Positions 25,666 to 36,775 of a stretch of 64,000 nucleotides of DNA are shown here, in pieces. Where the stretch lies: positions 2,542,001-2,606,000 of the forward strand of contig CDPCPM010000169.1 of NCBI GenBank assembly GCA_976551045.1. Reading direction: 5' to 3'. The notes under the pieces were generated by a model that had not been told where the DNA came from, did not search any database, and saw only the letters and a program-made list of their open reading frames with translations. A program made the position numbers and the translations under genes. This DNA is from Glaucostegus cemiculus (taxonomy: Eukaryota). How positions within the stretch are numbered: position 1 is the stretch's first letter; every line of letters begins with the position of its first letter.

Positions 25666-27388
25666 AATTATTAGCAACTAGCTCCAGCTGACCGTTTAAC
25701 TCTGTTTCTGCACTTGTGCCTTAGTGTGTTACATTGATGGGGCTTAGCTGTCAAAGGAACATGGATCTCCTCCTATGGACATCAGATGGGTGACCTGATT
25801 TCCCTGCCTATTGCTTGCCTGATGTGCTAAATGATTTCACCTTACATACCGGCATCAATGGAAGACTTATTCAAATTTATATGTTGGAGGTTTTTTAAAT
25901 GTAATATTGAGGTCATGTTTTGGTTCAGTTAGTGAAATTACAAACACTGCGTGTTAGTTAAGAAGTAAACTGAGTTGAACTTTCTCCATATTGATCAATT
26001 ATTCATCTGAGCTCTCTCTCATCCTTATAGTCCAAACCCATGAATGTACTTGCTTTGATCTGAACTGCCTGTGTCATGAACCTATATTATTGATCTACTC
26101 TCAGTGGAGAGAAAATATAGTTTCTGTATTTACCAGCAGACCTGTACCTGGGAGAAGAAAAAATTTATCAGCTGCAACTTCTATGGGTCCCTCCTATGGC
26201 TGGCAGTTGCTGCAGACAGAGCAGGCTTTCATGAGTCATAAGTAGCCACACATTGAACACAAATATTCATTTGTCATGTGTAATTACATCAGAATGGTCA
26301 CAATGTTCATAGGAAGGAAGAAACACTATGCAAAGTTCACCATGGAAAAAACTGCCTGGGTTGAGAGTGTGGTGCTTCTGTTGAATTCAACAGTAGGACC
26401 TCATACTCTTTCTCTGCCTTCTTCAACTTGCTAATGGATGGAAAAAATTATTAGCAGGAGATCGTAGTCAGTGTTGAGGCAGCCTTTTGCTATCAAGGGG
26501 AGAGAAGGGACAAGAGATTTGGGCTGGTGGTAGGAAATGAATTAAGAGACAAGCACCATGAGAGGGAAGGAGTGAGAGATTGTTACCTGGGGGAGAAAAG
26601 GAAAGATTTTTGCACAAGGGAAGATGTAAGAAATTGGATCTTGGTGTGGGTGGGGCATCTCTAATCTCAATAGCGTGCAGAGAAGCGCTGAACTCAGAAC
26701 AGAATCCACAGACTTCCTTGAGAAGCCAGTGGGAGCTCTGATGAACTTCACATTTAGGATGGAGTAGATATTGCCACCAATTTCTCCAGATTTCTTAAAA
26801 CTAGGAAAATGCACATCACAGATGCTAACTTTAAATCAGGCCCCTAACTGCGGAGTGGAAGCTTGAGTTAAATATGTTACTAAAATAATCTGGCTCTCAA
26901 GGATGGTAGGATTGCACATTACAAAGGCTGCCACCATAAAAATGGAAGCAGACATGTGTGTGGTGGGTTGGAGAATTAGACTATTTTTAGGAAGACTTTA
27001 CCTTGACCCTCTCCCACCCATCATGCAAGGATAAATATTAAAGCCAATGTTCTAATATTTATGTGACTTCTATTATTTGTCTTAATTAGTCTGATTTTAA
27101 ACATTTTCTTTTTATTGTTAGTGCATGTAATTAATCAGGATTCCTTTTATTTTGGAAGAGCTTTGGAAATATATTTTTGTTAGTGGACTTGCAGCTTGAT
27201 TGCCCAGTAGATTTGGCATGCCTTCAGTTTGCGAGTTGTAGAGTTTGATTCATTTCTGAGAAAACTTTGCATACATTTCAGAGTGTGTAACTTTCTCCAC
27301 AAATGTTTGCCCAGAAACAGACTATTCCCTACTACAAGTCAGTGGTGATCTTTATGATCCACAAAAACCACCATCAACCCCTCTTTAT

Positions 27389-27727
27389 TCATAGACCCAA
27401 ACAGTACAGAAGCAGGCCCTTTGGCCTATTGAGTCCACACCAGTCATGAACAAACCATTTAAACAAATCCTGTTTTATTCTCTTCACTTTCTTGTCAACT
27501 CCCTCTGTATCCCACCATTCACTTACACACTGTGGGCAATTTACAGTGGCAAATTAACTTCCCAACCCGTAAGTTTTGGAATGTGGAAAGAAACCAGACA
27601 CCTGGATGAAAGCCACATAGTTACAGAGAGAACGTGCAAACTTCACACAGATAGCACCAGAGGTCAAGACTGACCCCAGATCATTGAAGCTGTGAGGCAG
27701 GAGCTCTCCTAGCTGTTTCACTGTGCC
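27389..27727 (-). mobile_element. Older V-SINE (HE1-like) with CR1-type tail
   Basis: ACAGTACAGAAGCAGGCCCTTTGGCC tail; GGAATGTGGAAAGAAACCAGA core; TGAAGCTGTGAGGCAG head. Confidence 0.85.
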
Positions 27728-28054
27728 AATGCTATCTACCCACATCCATCTCTACTTCTATAAGTTTTTTTCACACTCATGCTAATCAACTCAGATAACT
27801 CTTTTGGTTTTATCAGTGACTGTTTAACCTTGTCTTAACTTATTTATCCAGAGGGTATGTGCACCTATAGCATGCCTGGCATATATTGCCCATCGCTAAA
27901 TGTTTTTTCACTAAATGGCTTTCTTGGTCCTTTCAGAGTCAGCTATATTGTTGTGAATCTAGAGTTATACAGTGAACAGATCAGGGAAGTTTGCAGATTA
28001 TCTTTCTAAATGGCAACCTGATTATTTCATGGTCAGCATTATTGATACTAGTAT

Positions 28055-28260
28055 AAAAGCAGAACATGCTGAACACAGGTAAAGAGAGGGAAACAGGATC
28101 TTTCATCTTTCAGGTCAAAGATCTTTCATCAGAACTCAGAAAAGTTAGGTTGCAGAGAAGGGAGAGAATGAAGGGAATGTCTGTGGTATGGTGGAGGTCA
28201 AGAAAGACTGAATGACATAGTATTATGGTGCCATCTCAGAGAGGGGATGACGGCTTGTTA
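28055..28260 (-). mobile_element. Penelope-like pseudo-LTR (second family) with hammerhead-like core
   Basis: Minus strand AGTTCTGATGAAAGATCTTTGACCTGAAAG at about 28107-28136, followed by the pLTR-type 3' end (...CAGCATGTTCTGCTTTTAT). Confidence 0.6.
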
Positions 28261-28429
28261 ACTCTAGTTGAACAGCTGATATTAGCTTTGTTTCCAGACT
28301 GCTTTTTAATTAACTAATTTAAATTGGCCTATTACCATAGTAGGATTTGAAGATCAGTCTAGGCTCTGGATTGAGGGTCCAATAATTTAACTTGCGTTTG
28401 CTACACCACTAATCACTATGCAAATCTGC

Positions 28430-29700
28430 CCCTAGTCTCCAGCTCTGATCATACTCACAGGTGGAGCTAACCTTGTACCCCTTTCATAATCCTGAAAAGA
28501 GCCATCTGGCTACTCTTGGCCTTTTCTGTTTGAGAGATTGGAACATTAGTCTGTTTCATCTTTTGTAATCAGTACAACTTTCCATTCTGATACTGTTTAT
28601 GGTGAATCTTTTTCTGCATCTTCTTCAGATGTAAAATGGATACCAGAAATGTTCACAGCACCCCTAGTGCTTTTACAAAGGCTCTGTATAAATTGGGCAG
28701 AACTTCCTTGTTTTCAGTTCTTTCCCACTTGAAGGTGTTAGCTTCTTTCTATGATCATATTAACCAATGCTGCTACGTTTAGTAATTTGAATACTTGCTC
28801 CTCTTCTATATTTAGATGTTTACTCATGAACAATATGTGTTTTCTCTAACTTTCCAACCAAAATTACCATCACTCACTCTTGCCTATACAGGTTCATTAA
28901 TTATTAAATGCTGATTCAATGTTTATTAAAACTATGTGTTAATTTTATTTTCCTCATTTCAGTGCCATCCACATTTTTTAAAAACTATACTTTGGGCACT
29001 GGAGTCCAAATTTCTTACATTTTACATGTCTGTGTATATTTTTAAGACCTTCTCCTTGTTTTCTATTTTATAGAACATAGAACATAGAAAAGCTACAGAA
29101 CAATTCAGGCCCTTTGGCCCAAGGAGCTGTGCCGAACATGTCCCTACATTAGAAATTACTAGGCTTACCCATAGCCCTATATTTTACTTAGCTCCATGTA
29201 CCTATCTAACAGTCTCTTGAAAGACCCTATCGTATCTGCCTCCACCACCGTTTCTGGCAGCCCATTCCACACACTCACTACTCTCTGAGTAAAAAACTTA
29301 CCCCTGACATCTCCTCCATATCTATATCTATAATCTGTTTGCTGTCTATTTGCTAATAGTGACCTGATACCACAGGTTCTGCCCTTAGTTAAATCTACTA
29401 TACTCTCCTCTATTAATGGCTTTTAGAAATTCCAAATAAATCATATCTATGGCTTTGCTCTTGTTCAACCTTTCTGTTATTTTTTCAAACAAATCAATAA
29501 TAATGGCTAATCAGATTTCCCTAATCAAATTTATATAGACTATCCTTTAATATGTTTTCATATCTCACACATTTAGATATTTATATATTTGCTTCAGATT
29601 TGCATTATTTTTCTTATGACCTACATTAAACTAATTGGTCTAAAGTTGCTTGAAGTTGATACTTAAAGCTTTTAAATACAGAAAGTACTCTGGATGAGTC
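28430..29700 (-). mobile_element. Ancient CR1-like LINE RT remnant
   Basis: Decayed RT motifs on the minus strand, e.g. NFRPISL near 29620-29650 and LEFLKAINR (cf. LDFxKAFD) near 29410-29435. Confidence 0.6.
29071..29325 (-). mobile_element. Younger CR1 3' end inserted in the ancient CR1
   Basis: (TAGAACA)n tail, CAGGCCCTTTGGCCC, GTATCTGCCTCCACCACC...CCCCTGACATCTCC. Confidence 0.9.
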
Positions 29701-32700
29701 CATCAAGAACCACCTGCTGCCTGCAGTGGCCACAGAAGCTCATTCCTGACCATCACACCAGTGGGTGCAACATGGAGGTTAGATGCCACTCTATTGCTGG
29801 ACTCACTGCTAAATCCAAGGATGGAGCATCAATATCTTGAGCATATAGATGCATATCCCAGGTAAAGCCAGAGATGGCACTGTAAGCAGTGCAACCCCGT
29901 TCATTTGACCAGGGTCCCTCCAAACTTGATAAAAAAAGGTAAATGCAGGTCGATTGTTTTATTAACTTTTACTTTATTTTAATATTTAAACTAAATTCTA
30001 GTGCTTAAAAATGTCTTGCAGGACACTTAAATCCAGTAAAACAGTTTTGAACTGTTAAAAGTCCATCAGGGCAGTTTGGAGCAGGGATTTGGGGGTATTG
30101 CCTGCTGATGATGTAGAATCAAACTCATTAACTCTGCTATTATTTGCATTTCTAATAATTTTCTTTTTGATATGGAATTTTTTTCTTTTTATCTCTGTCC
30201 TGACCTTTAGATTAGTATCTATGGATGCAATTCATTCATACCAATGTTTGATTAGTTTGTCAGTTATCCTGCTCTCCCTGGCCCAAACTGTTGTTTATAC
30301 ATATTTTTAGTCTCTTTTTAGTCTTGCCCACTATGTCAGTCTCCTAAATAAACACAGAGCAAAGTAATTATTTAATATTTATGCTTTCTGTCATCATCCG
30401 TGTGTTTACTGGCTGTATCCTCCCTAAAATGGTCTATTTTTAACCCTGAGTATCCTCAGCTGCACCTGCCATCTGAAAGACAGCAGCTCCAACAATGCAG
30501 CAGCCCGCTGAACCCATGACCTTCGGACCTGGAGGTAAAAGTGCAAGACTGAATCAAGGCTGATATTTCGATGCATATTCTCATTTTTGCAAAGTCTTGG
30601 GAAATGCCAGGTCCATACTACAGAAGTGGGGTGGTTCTTACAAAAGCTCAGATTCTTTAGGATAGGGTCACAGTGATCTTTAATTTGAACCAACTAAGCT
30701 TGTATCCTTAGAAATGTCCAAACTGTTTAAAACTGGGTGATTTAGTAGATGGTTCAGATACATTGGTTGATTTTTTTTTTCTCTTTCAACAAAATGGAAC
30801 CTGAAGATGATGAATGGTAGTCTACTGACCCTGAGTAGCCTGGGTGTCCCCAGATTCAGTCGACCATTCCACTTGGAATTAAAATTGTATTCCGATCCTA
30901 ACAATAGTTCTCTGATATTTTTTGAATGTAATGTACCAGCTATGCTCTGATCATTATTAGCTGGCAGCTCAGTTTGAATCAATCACAATTGTAAGTTTCT
31001 TTCTGTGGGGCCAGAGGAATGGAATCAACCAAAAAATCTCCTTCACTGTCCATAGGTTCACTCTTGTGTTGACTCCCCTTCATCACCTCTTCAACTCTTA
31101 GACCTACCCCCAAAAGACTTTCTTTCTTCAGCCAGCTGGCTGGCCAGACTGCCCGCTGACGCAGAGCTTGATTAAAGTCTTCAGGCTCTGGCCACAGTTT
31201 ATCATTCCGAGGATAAGAAAGTTGAGGTGGGATGGGATCCATCATGGGTCATTCCTGCTAAGGGCAGGTAAAAACATCAGCCGAGCTTGCACTCATCTCC
31301 TGCATAGTCAGTTTTGTTGAAGTGTGAAAATGAGCACATGGTGAGAGCTATCGAGTGAAGTCATATTTCTCTCTCTGCTTTCCCAACCATCACCGCCAGT
31401 GTTCAAAATTGAACCACGTCTCCCGTTGTGACTGCTGAACAGGAAGCCAGTCTGCTTCACTGGCTAGCTGTCTTGGCCATTTCGGGGAAGAATTCTTGGA
31501 GTAAAATGTGATGTCATCAAGATGTAGGAATACTTTCCATTATACTATTTCACCTGGATAGGTGAGATACCCAATCTTACGTCGCCTTCAGGAGATCTGT
31601 GGCTAGGCCAACTGCAAAAGGAGCTTATTAGTATGGTCCCTCTTTGAAAATGGAACCTGGGGGATTGTGTCCCCTATTGTGGGGGTTGGACTATTTTTAA
31701 TGGATAGATGCAACTGTTGTTCATTTTCAGTATAGATTGAAAGTCTCGACGTCTACAGTTGCCTGAAATTGATACTTAAAGCTATTAAATATTGAAAGTA
31801 CTCTGGGCCAGACCACCCTGAACTTTAGATTTAAGATTGTATATGTACCAGTTCTCATATATTTCTAATTTTATTCCATTTACTTCCCATCTGTCCAAAC
31901 ACCACTTGAATTATACTTCCGCAGAGGCCAGGGCATCCCTTTGTTAGCCATTCTTTAGCACAGTGCAGTCATATCTCACAAAGAGTGTCCAACTGCACTC
32001 ACGTTAACACGACTGGCTAGCTGTACAAAAGAGGTAGTTTACGTATGGACGACCTATCAAGAAATTGACTGAGGTTTAATACCTTGTCATGAGAGAACCA
32101 AGGGCTCTATAAACATAGAAGCTGTGAGAGACATCAGAGAGAGTGAGAGAAAGACAGGGAAAACAATGTTCTTGTTGAAGTTTAACCATGTCTGTCTTCT
32201 CTGATTCCCCATTGTATTTTGGCTATCCACAAGTCTATAATATTCACAATACAATCATAATTAAAGACTCAATATGTCTCACTTTGGTACTGTTGGAACT
32301 GGAGATGATATTGTCCAGAAGGTTCTTTGGAAGTCATGAATGAGATGCAAATCTTAAGGTTACAGCCATTTTATTAGATGTTCATCAAAGTACAGGTCAA
32401 ACAGTGTCAGCTTCAAACAGTAAGTAACACAAAGTAAAAGCAGGCAAGTAACAAAAGACTGGAGGCCTCAAGCTTTCCCTTCATACTGCAATCTAGTTTA
32501 AGGTGGTGAGATAAGGGAGTCTTCTCTGACAGGGACAGTCTATGAATGACATGGACAGTCTTGATTTACGCTGCCTTGGGATCTCAGGCTTACAGACAAA
32601 GAAACTTAAAAATCTGCTAAAAATTTACGGATAAACAGGTGATTACACAAACATACAAGTAAGCATAAAGAAAGTTAAACTACAAGAAAAATAATAATTT

Positions 32701-34129
32701 AAATAGCAATTTAGACCTTCATCCAACAATACATAAAACCCTTGGAAATGCAAATAGTTAATCGTGCAAACTCAGTTTTGACATTCATATTGTCCTACCA
32801 AAAATATAAAACTGTCCAGAATACATAATTCGATGAAATTCTATGCCAATCTAAAATCTCCATTGTAAGTATAAACCCCATTGTAACTATCAAAATTGCG
32901 TTTGGACGCCTGGAATGTAATTCAAAACTGTGACTTTGTAACAATGAAAATAGTGTCTAACAGTTGACACAGATAACATACAGGAGAGGAGGAAAATGAT
33001 GGAAATCTTGTTTACTAAGCCCAGGAAGGGAGGAGGAGTGCTTAGTGTAGACTTAGACCACAACATGATGCTAACATTTTGGCTGTTAATCACTCCAGGG
33101 CTTTCACCTTAAAAATAAGATAACTAAGCCACAACGGCATTATAGCCTTTAGAGAGAAAGAGAAGATATTGTGGCAGGTGTCACAATAAGATAAATAATC
33201 CCTTAATCTCAAAAGTGTGTATTTTACCACAGAATAAGCAATTCTGATCTTTGATTATTTGTTAAATCCAGAGTTATGGCTTCTGCACAACTGACAGTAA
33301 TTCACTGGAGATACAAGTCCTACAGCTCTCCCAAGAAGTTGATTATCAGTAGATCTCCCTGAACAAAGGAAGAAGTAGGAGTACTGGCTGACTCCAGATT
33401 ATTACCACATGCTGTTATTTGGGCCTTGGTGCATGAAAGTTGGTTTCTTCCATATACATATATGATCAAACTTCAAAATTACTTCATTGTGCAAAGCACA
33501 TTGACATCTCTGGATGTAATACAGATTGCTGCATAAATAAAAGTTATTCTTCATATGACTATTTTGTTTTGCTCCTCTATCCTTCTACCATCTGGTGGGT
33601 GCCTTCCACTTCCTCAGTGGGAGAAGAAAATAAACTTTATTGGTGCGGGTATCGTGTAATGGATTCCCCCATTTTGCTGGGCCAATAGCTGTGTGAAAAC
33701 AATTTGTGCCACAGGTATTGATATGGTCTCTGTCTCCGTATTTTCTGATTCCCTACAGGAAATGTTAGTGTGGCAAATGTGGTATCATTCTGGGAGGCAT
33801 CTTCATGATCAGCCAGCTGTTGCCTTTCTGTTAATGCTGAGCACTCCCTCAGATTGGTCAGGAATTTGAGTCCGAGTACATTGCTGGGCAGCAATGTCGC
33901 TGTGTATAAGACTGAGGCTGTGTTGACATCTATTTCACCATTGATGCCACAAGGCTATGAATGTTCCTCAGCACACTCCTAAACGACTGTAAGCATGGTT
34001 GATACCAGGCTACCAAGTTGGATCTAATAAAGCTCTTGGTTAGATTAGGCATTGTATGGATAGCAATTGAGTCAGAGTTCTATGAGGAGCCAATTGTGCC
34101 TGCTGCCACTTTATCCAAGTCCCAAGAAC

Positions 34130-34350
34130 ATTGTTTGACCTTGCACCTTATTGTCTACCTGCAATGCATTTCCCTGTAGCTGTAACTCTTTACTCTGCAT
34201 TCCGTTATTGTTTTCACCCTGTACTACATCAATGCATTCTGTACTAACTCAATGTATCTGCACTGTGTAATGAATTGATCTGTACGAATGGTATGCAAGA
34301 CAAGTTTTTCACTGAATCTCGGAACAAGTGACAATAATATACCAATACAA
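34130..34350 (+). mobile_element. Rex1/Babar 3'UTR fragment
   Basis: CCTTGCACCTTATTGTCTACCTGC...GTGACAATAATACCAATAC, matching 51180-51362. Confidence 0.85.
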
Positions 34351-35544
34351 AGAAGCACAGTAACTCTTGAAGAGTTAATTGACCAACATTACTGCATTTA
34401 TTGGTATAGCATCAGTATGTAGTTGTTAAATGAAGTGTATGAGGAAGGAAGTAAGGAGAAAAGGTTGTAACTAGCCTTGGGCTTAGGGAAATGCCTCCAT
34501 CCTCTTGACTCCCATGTTCCAATTCCAGAGCTTCCAAGATTAGGTTGTAGATTTCATTCTCATAAGAAGGCATGGTAGCTTTACTTATAGTTACCTAGAA
34601 GCAGATGGAAAAGGTTATTTATAAGAATAAGTGATATAAGGAAAATTATTAATCTCATTTGAACATGTGAATTTGCAGCACGTTAACATTTTATGTTGAT
34701 AGAATTCTTGAGAGCTACTTGAGAGCACGCTTCATACTGGCTCTGAATGTGACTGAAAAGCTTAGTGGAAAATTGTAATGGTCCCTGCAGACTCCCCTAA
34801 GCTGTTGTGACTCTCATCTCCTCCACTTTATAGATGGGATATAAGAATTGCAACCCTCCACATCACCAATTACAGTTCAACTGAGAATTTGATGATATAA
34901 CACCTTTGATCTTCACCCTTCTCTGGATACCTGTCTGATGCTATGATGTGGTTATAAATGTTCACAAATGATACACCTTACTGAATGGTAAAATGAGCTA
35001 CCGAGTGGTATCACTGCTATTTGTGGCACCACAATATGTTGAGAGGATAGCTGTGCAATGGGTTTGTGAAAATCGGTGGTTTTGACAAATGTAGGTTCAA
35101 TTATGATTTTGTTCAATTTAAACCAGATGCTTTATTAATATGTAAATGATGAATAAGAAAGGGCCACACAGTAACTTGAACTTAGTGCATGAACATTTGC
35201 CATAACATATAAAATGTGACATCTGGCTTTTCAACTTGAGCCAACTCCAGAAAGCCGTTTCTTCTTTAGTGTCAAACACATTTCCCCCTAAATAACCTTT
35301 GGTTCTATTATGCTGTCCATGATTTATATACTGTTTCCATTTCGAGAGACGCTCCATCTGCACACTCTCACATCCTGGTCAGCATACTGGAGAAAAAAAA
35401 TATTCCAGATTGAAAAGTTTCTGATCTTTCACTTCTACCACCACCTCCAACTCCACCACCAAACTTTCTCTCAATGTTTTCATGTATTTTTGTCTACTCT
35501 TTAATAGATTTGATATACTTTTCTATGCCAGCCTGGAGTCACCG

Positions 35545-35880
35545 GAAGGGTACTTGTCTTTGGGTGGGGGAGTTTGTGAATTCAAGCCCCATTATAGAAA
35601 CTCAAAATCAAGGCTGATATCTCAGTCTAGTGCCGAAGATGTCCTAAATGACCTATTATTCTGTTTGAAGAAGGCTGGAGGAGATTTAATATTTATGCAT
35701 TAACTAACACCATCAAAACAGAATTCCCAGTTATTTATCTCATAATAGTTTGTGGGATCTTACTTTGTCTAGACTGGCTGCTGTATTTCATCATATTATA
35801 AAAATTGCATTTCAGAAGTATTTCATTGGCAGTGAAGTGGTTTGGGATGATCTGAGTTTATTAATGGGTAATAAAAAATG
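35545..35880 (+). mobile_element. Ancient DeuSINE/SacSINE-like fragment
   Basis: GTGAATTCAAGCCCC head; TTATTTATCTCATAATAGTTTGTGGGATCTTAC; CAGAAGTATTTCATTGGCAGTGAAGTGGTTTGGGATG L2-type tail. Confidence 0.55.
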
Positions 35881-36576
35881 AAATCTCTTTTCTTTACTCC
35901 ATTTCGTTTGGTGCTGCTACATTGAAAATTACTCCCCTGTTTCTAATGAGTTGTAAATATGTTTTCCTACGTATTTAGTACTTCATTCATCCTTGTTATA
36001 AGAAGGCAGTGCTTATTATAGCCTCTCATCATGCTGTGAAGGATCTTAATGCTGCAGAATCCTGTCCTTTCCTCATTCTTTTCTTTCTTCTCCAACGGTT
36101 TAGCTTTTAAGACATCTTTTGGCTTCATTTAATTCCCACTCTGATTCACATAAATCCTTTTGCTCCATTTAACCTGTTGGATTCTGCCTGACCTTTCACC
36201 TTGCACCTTGCATACAAATAGTGATTTTAGTGCAATCATATTCACTATGTTTTATTTCTTACAATGCTACCTCTTGAACTTGCCCGCGTAAACTGTTGAA
36301 GGTTTGTGAGTAGAGCCAAGATTTTGGTATACAAGGAAGTAAATTTATCCAAAGAATTTGTCTGGTTTGTGTCTTATTTCAAAACCCTATTTTTGATCTG
36401 CTAAGGTAACTTGTAATTCATTGATATTCAAATCAAAACCCTTGGATTAGAAGGGGTTCATTAAGGGATTGCACCAGTTGCTTTGGTTACTTGGATATCT
36501 GGCATTCTTCATGAGATTTTATATTCTATCCTGTTTTTATTTTCGCACCAATGAAAATTATTTTCTGCCTCACTGT

Positions 36577-36775
36577 TGAAACATACACAAAGTGTTGGAG
36601 GAACTCAGCAGGTCAGGCAGCATCTATGGAGGGAAATGAACAGTTGATGTTTTGGGTCGAGATGTTGACTGTTTATTTCCCTGCATAGATGATGCCTGAA
36701 ATACTGAGTTCCTCCAGCATTTTGTGTGTGTGTTGCTCCAGATTTCCAGCATTTGCAGAATCTCTTGTGTGTTCA
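36577..36775. mobile_element. Palindromic Penelope pseudo-LTR insertion (two inverted pLTR halves) with 14-bp target-site duplication
   Basis: 36583-36655 is an inverted copy of 36661-36730; TTCTGCCTCACTGT occurs at 36563-36576 and 36776-36789. Confidence 0.85.

Noticed and set aside
33727-33860. Strong plus-strand acceptor (...TTCCCTACAG|GAAATG)
   Set aside because: No convincing downstream donor or recognisable peptide.
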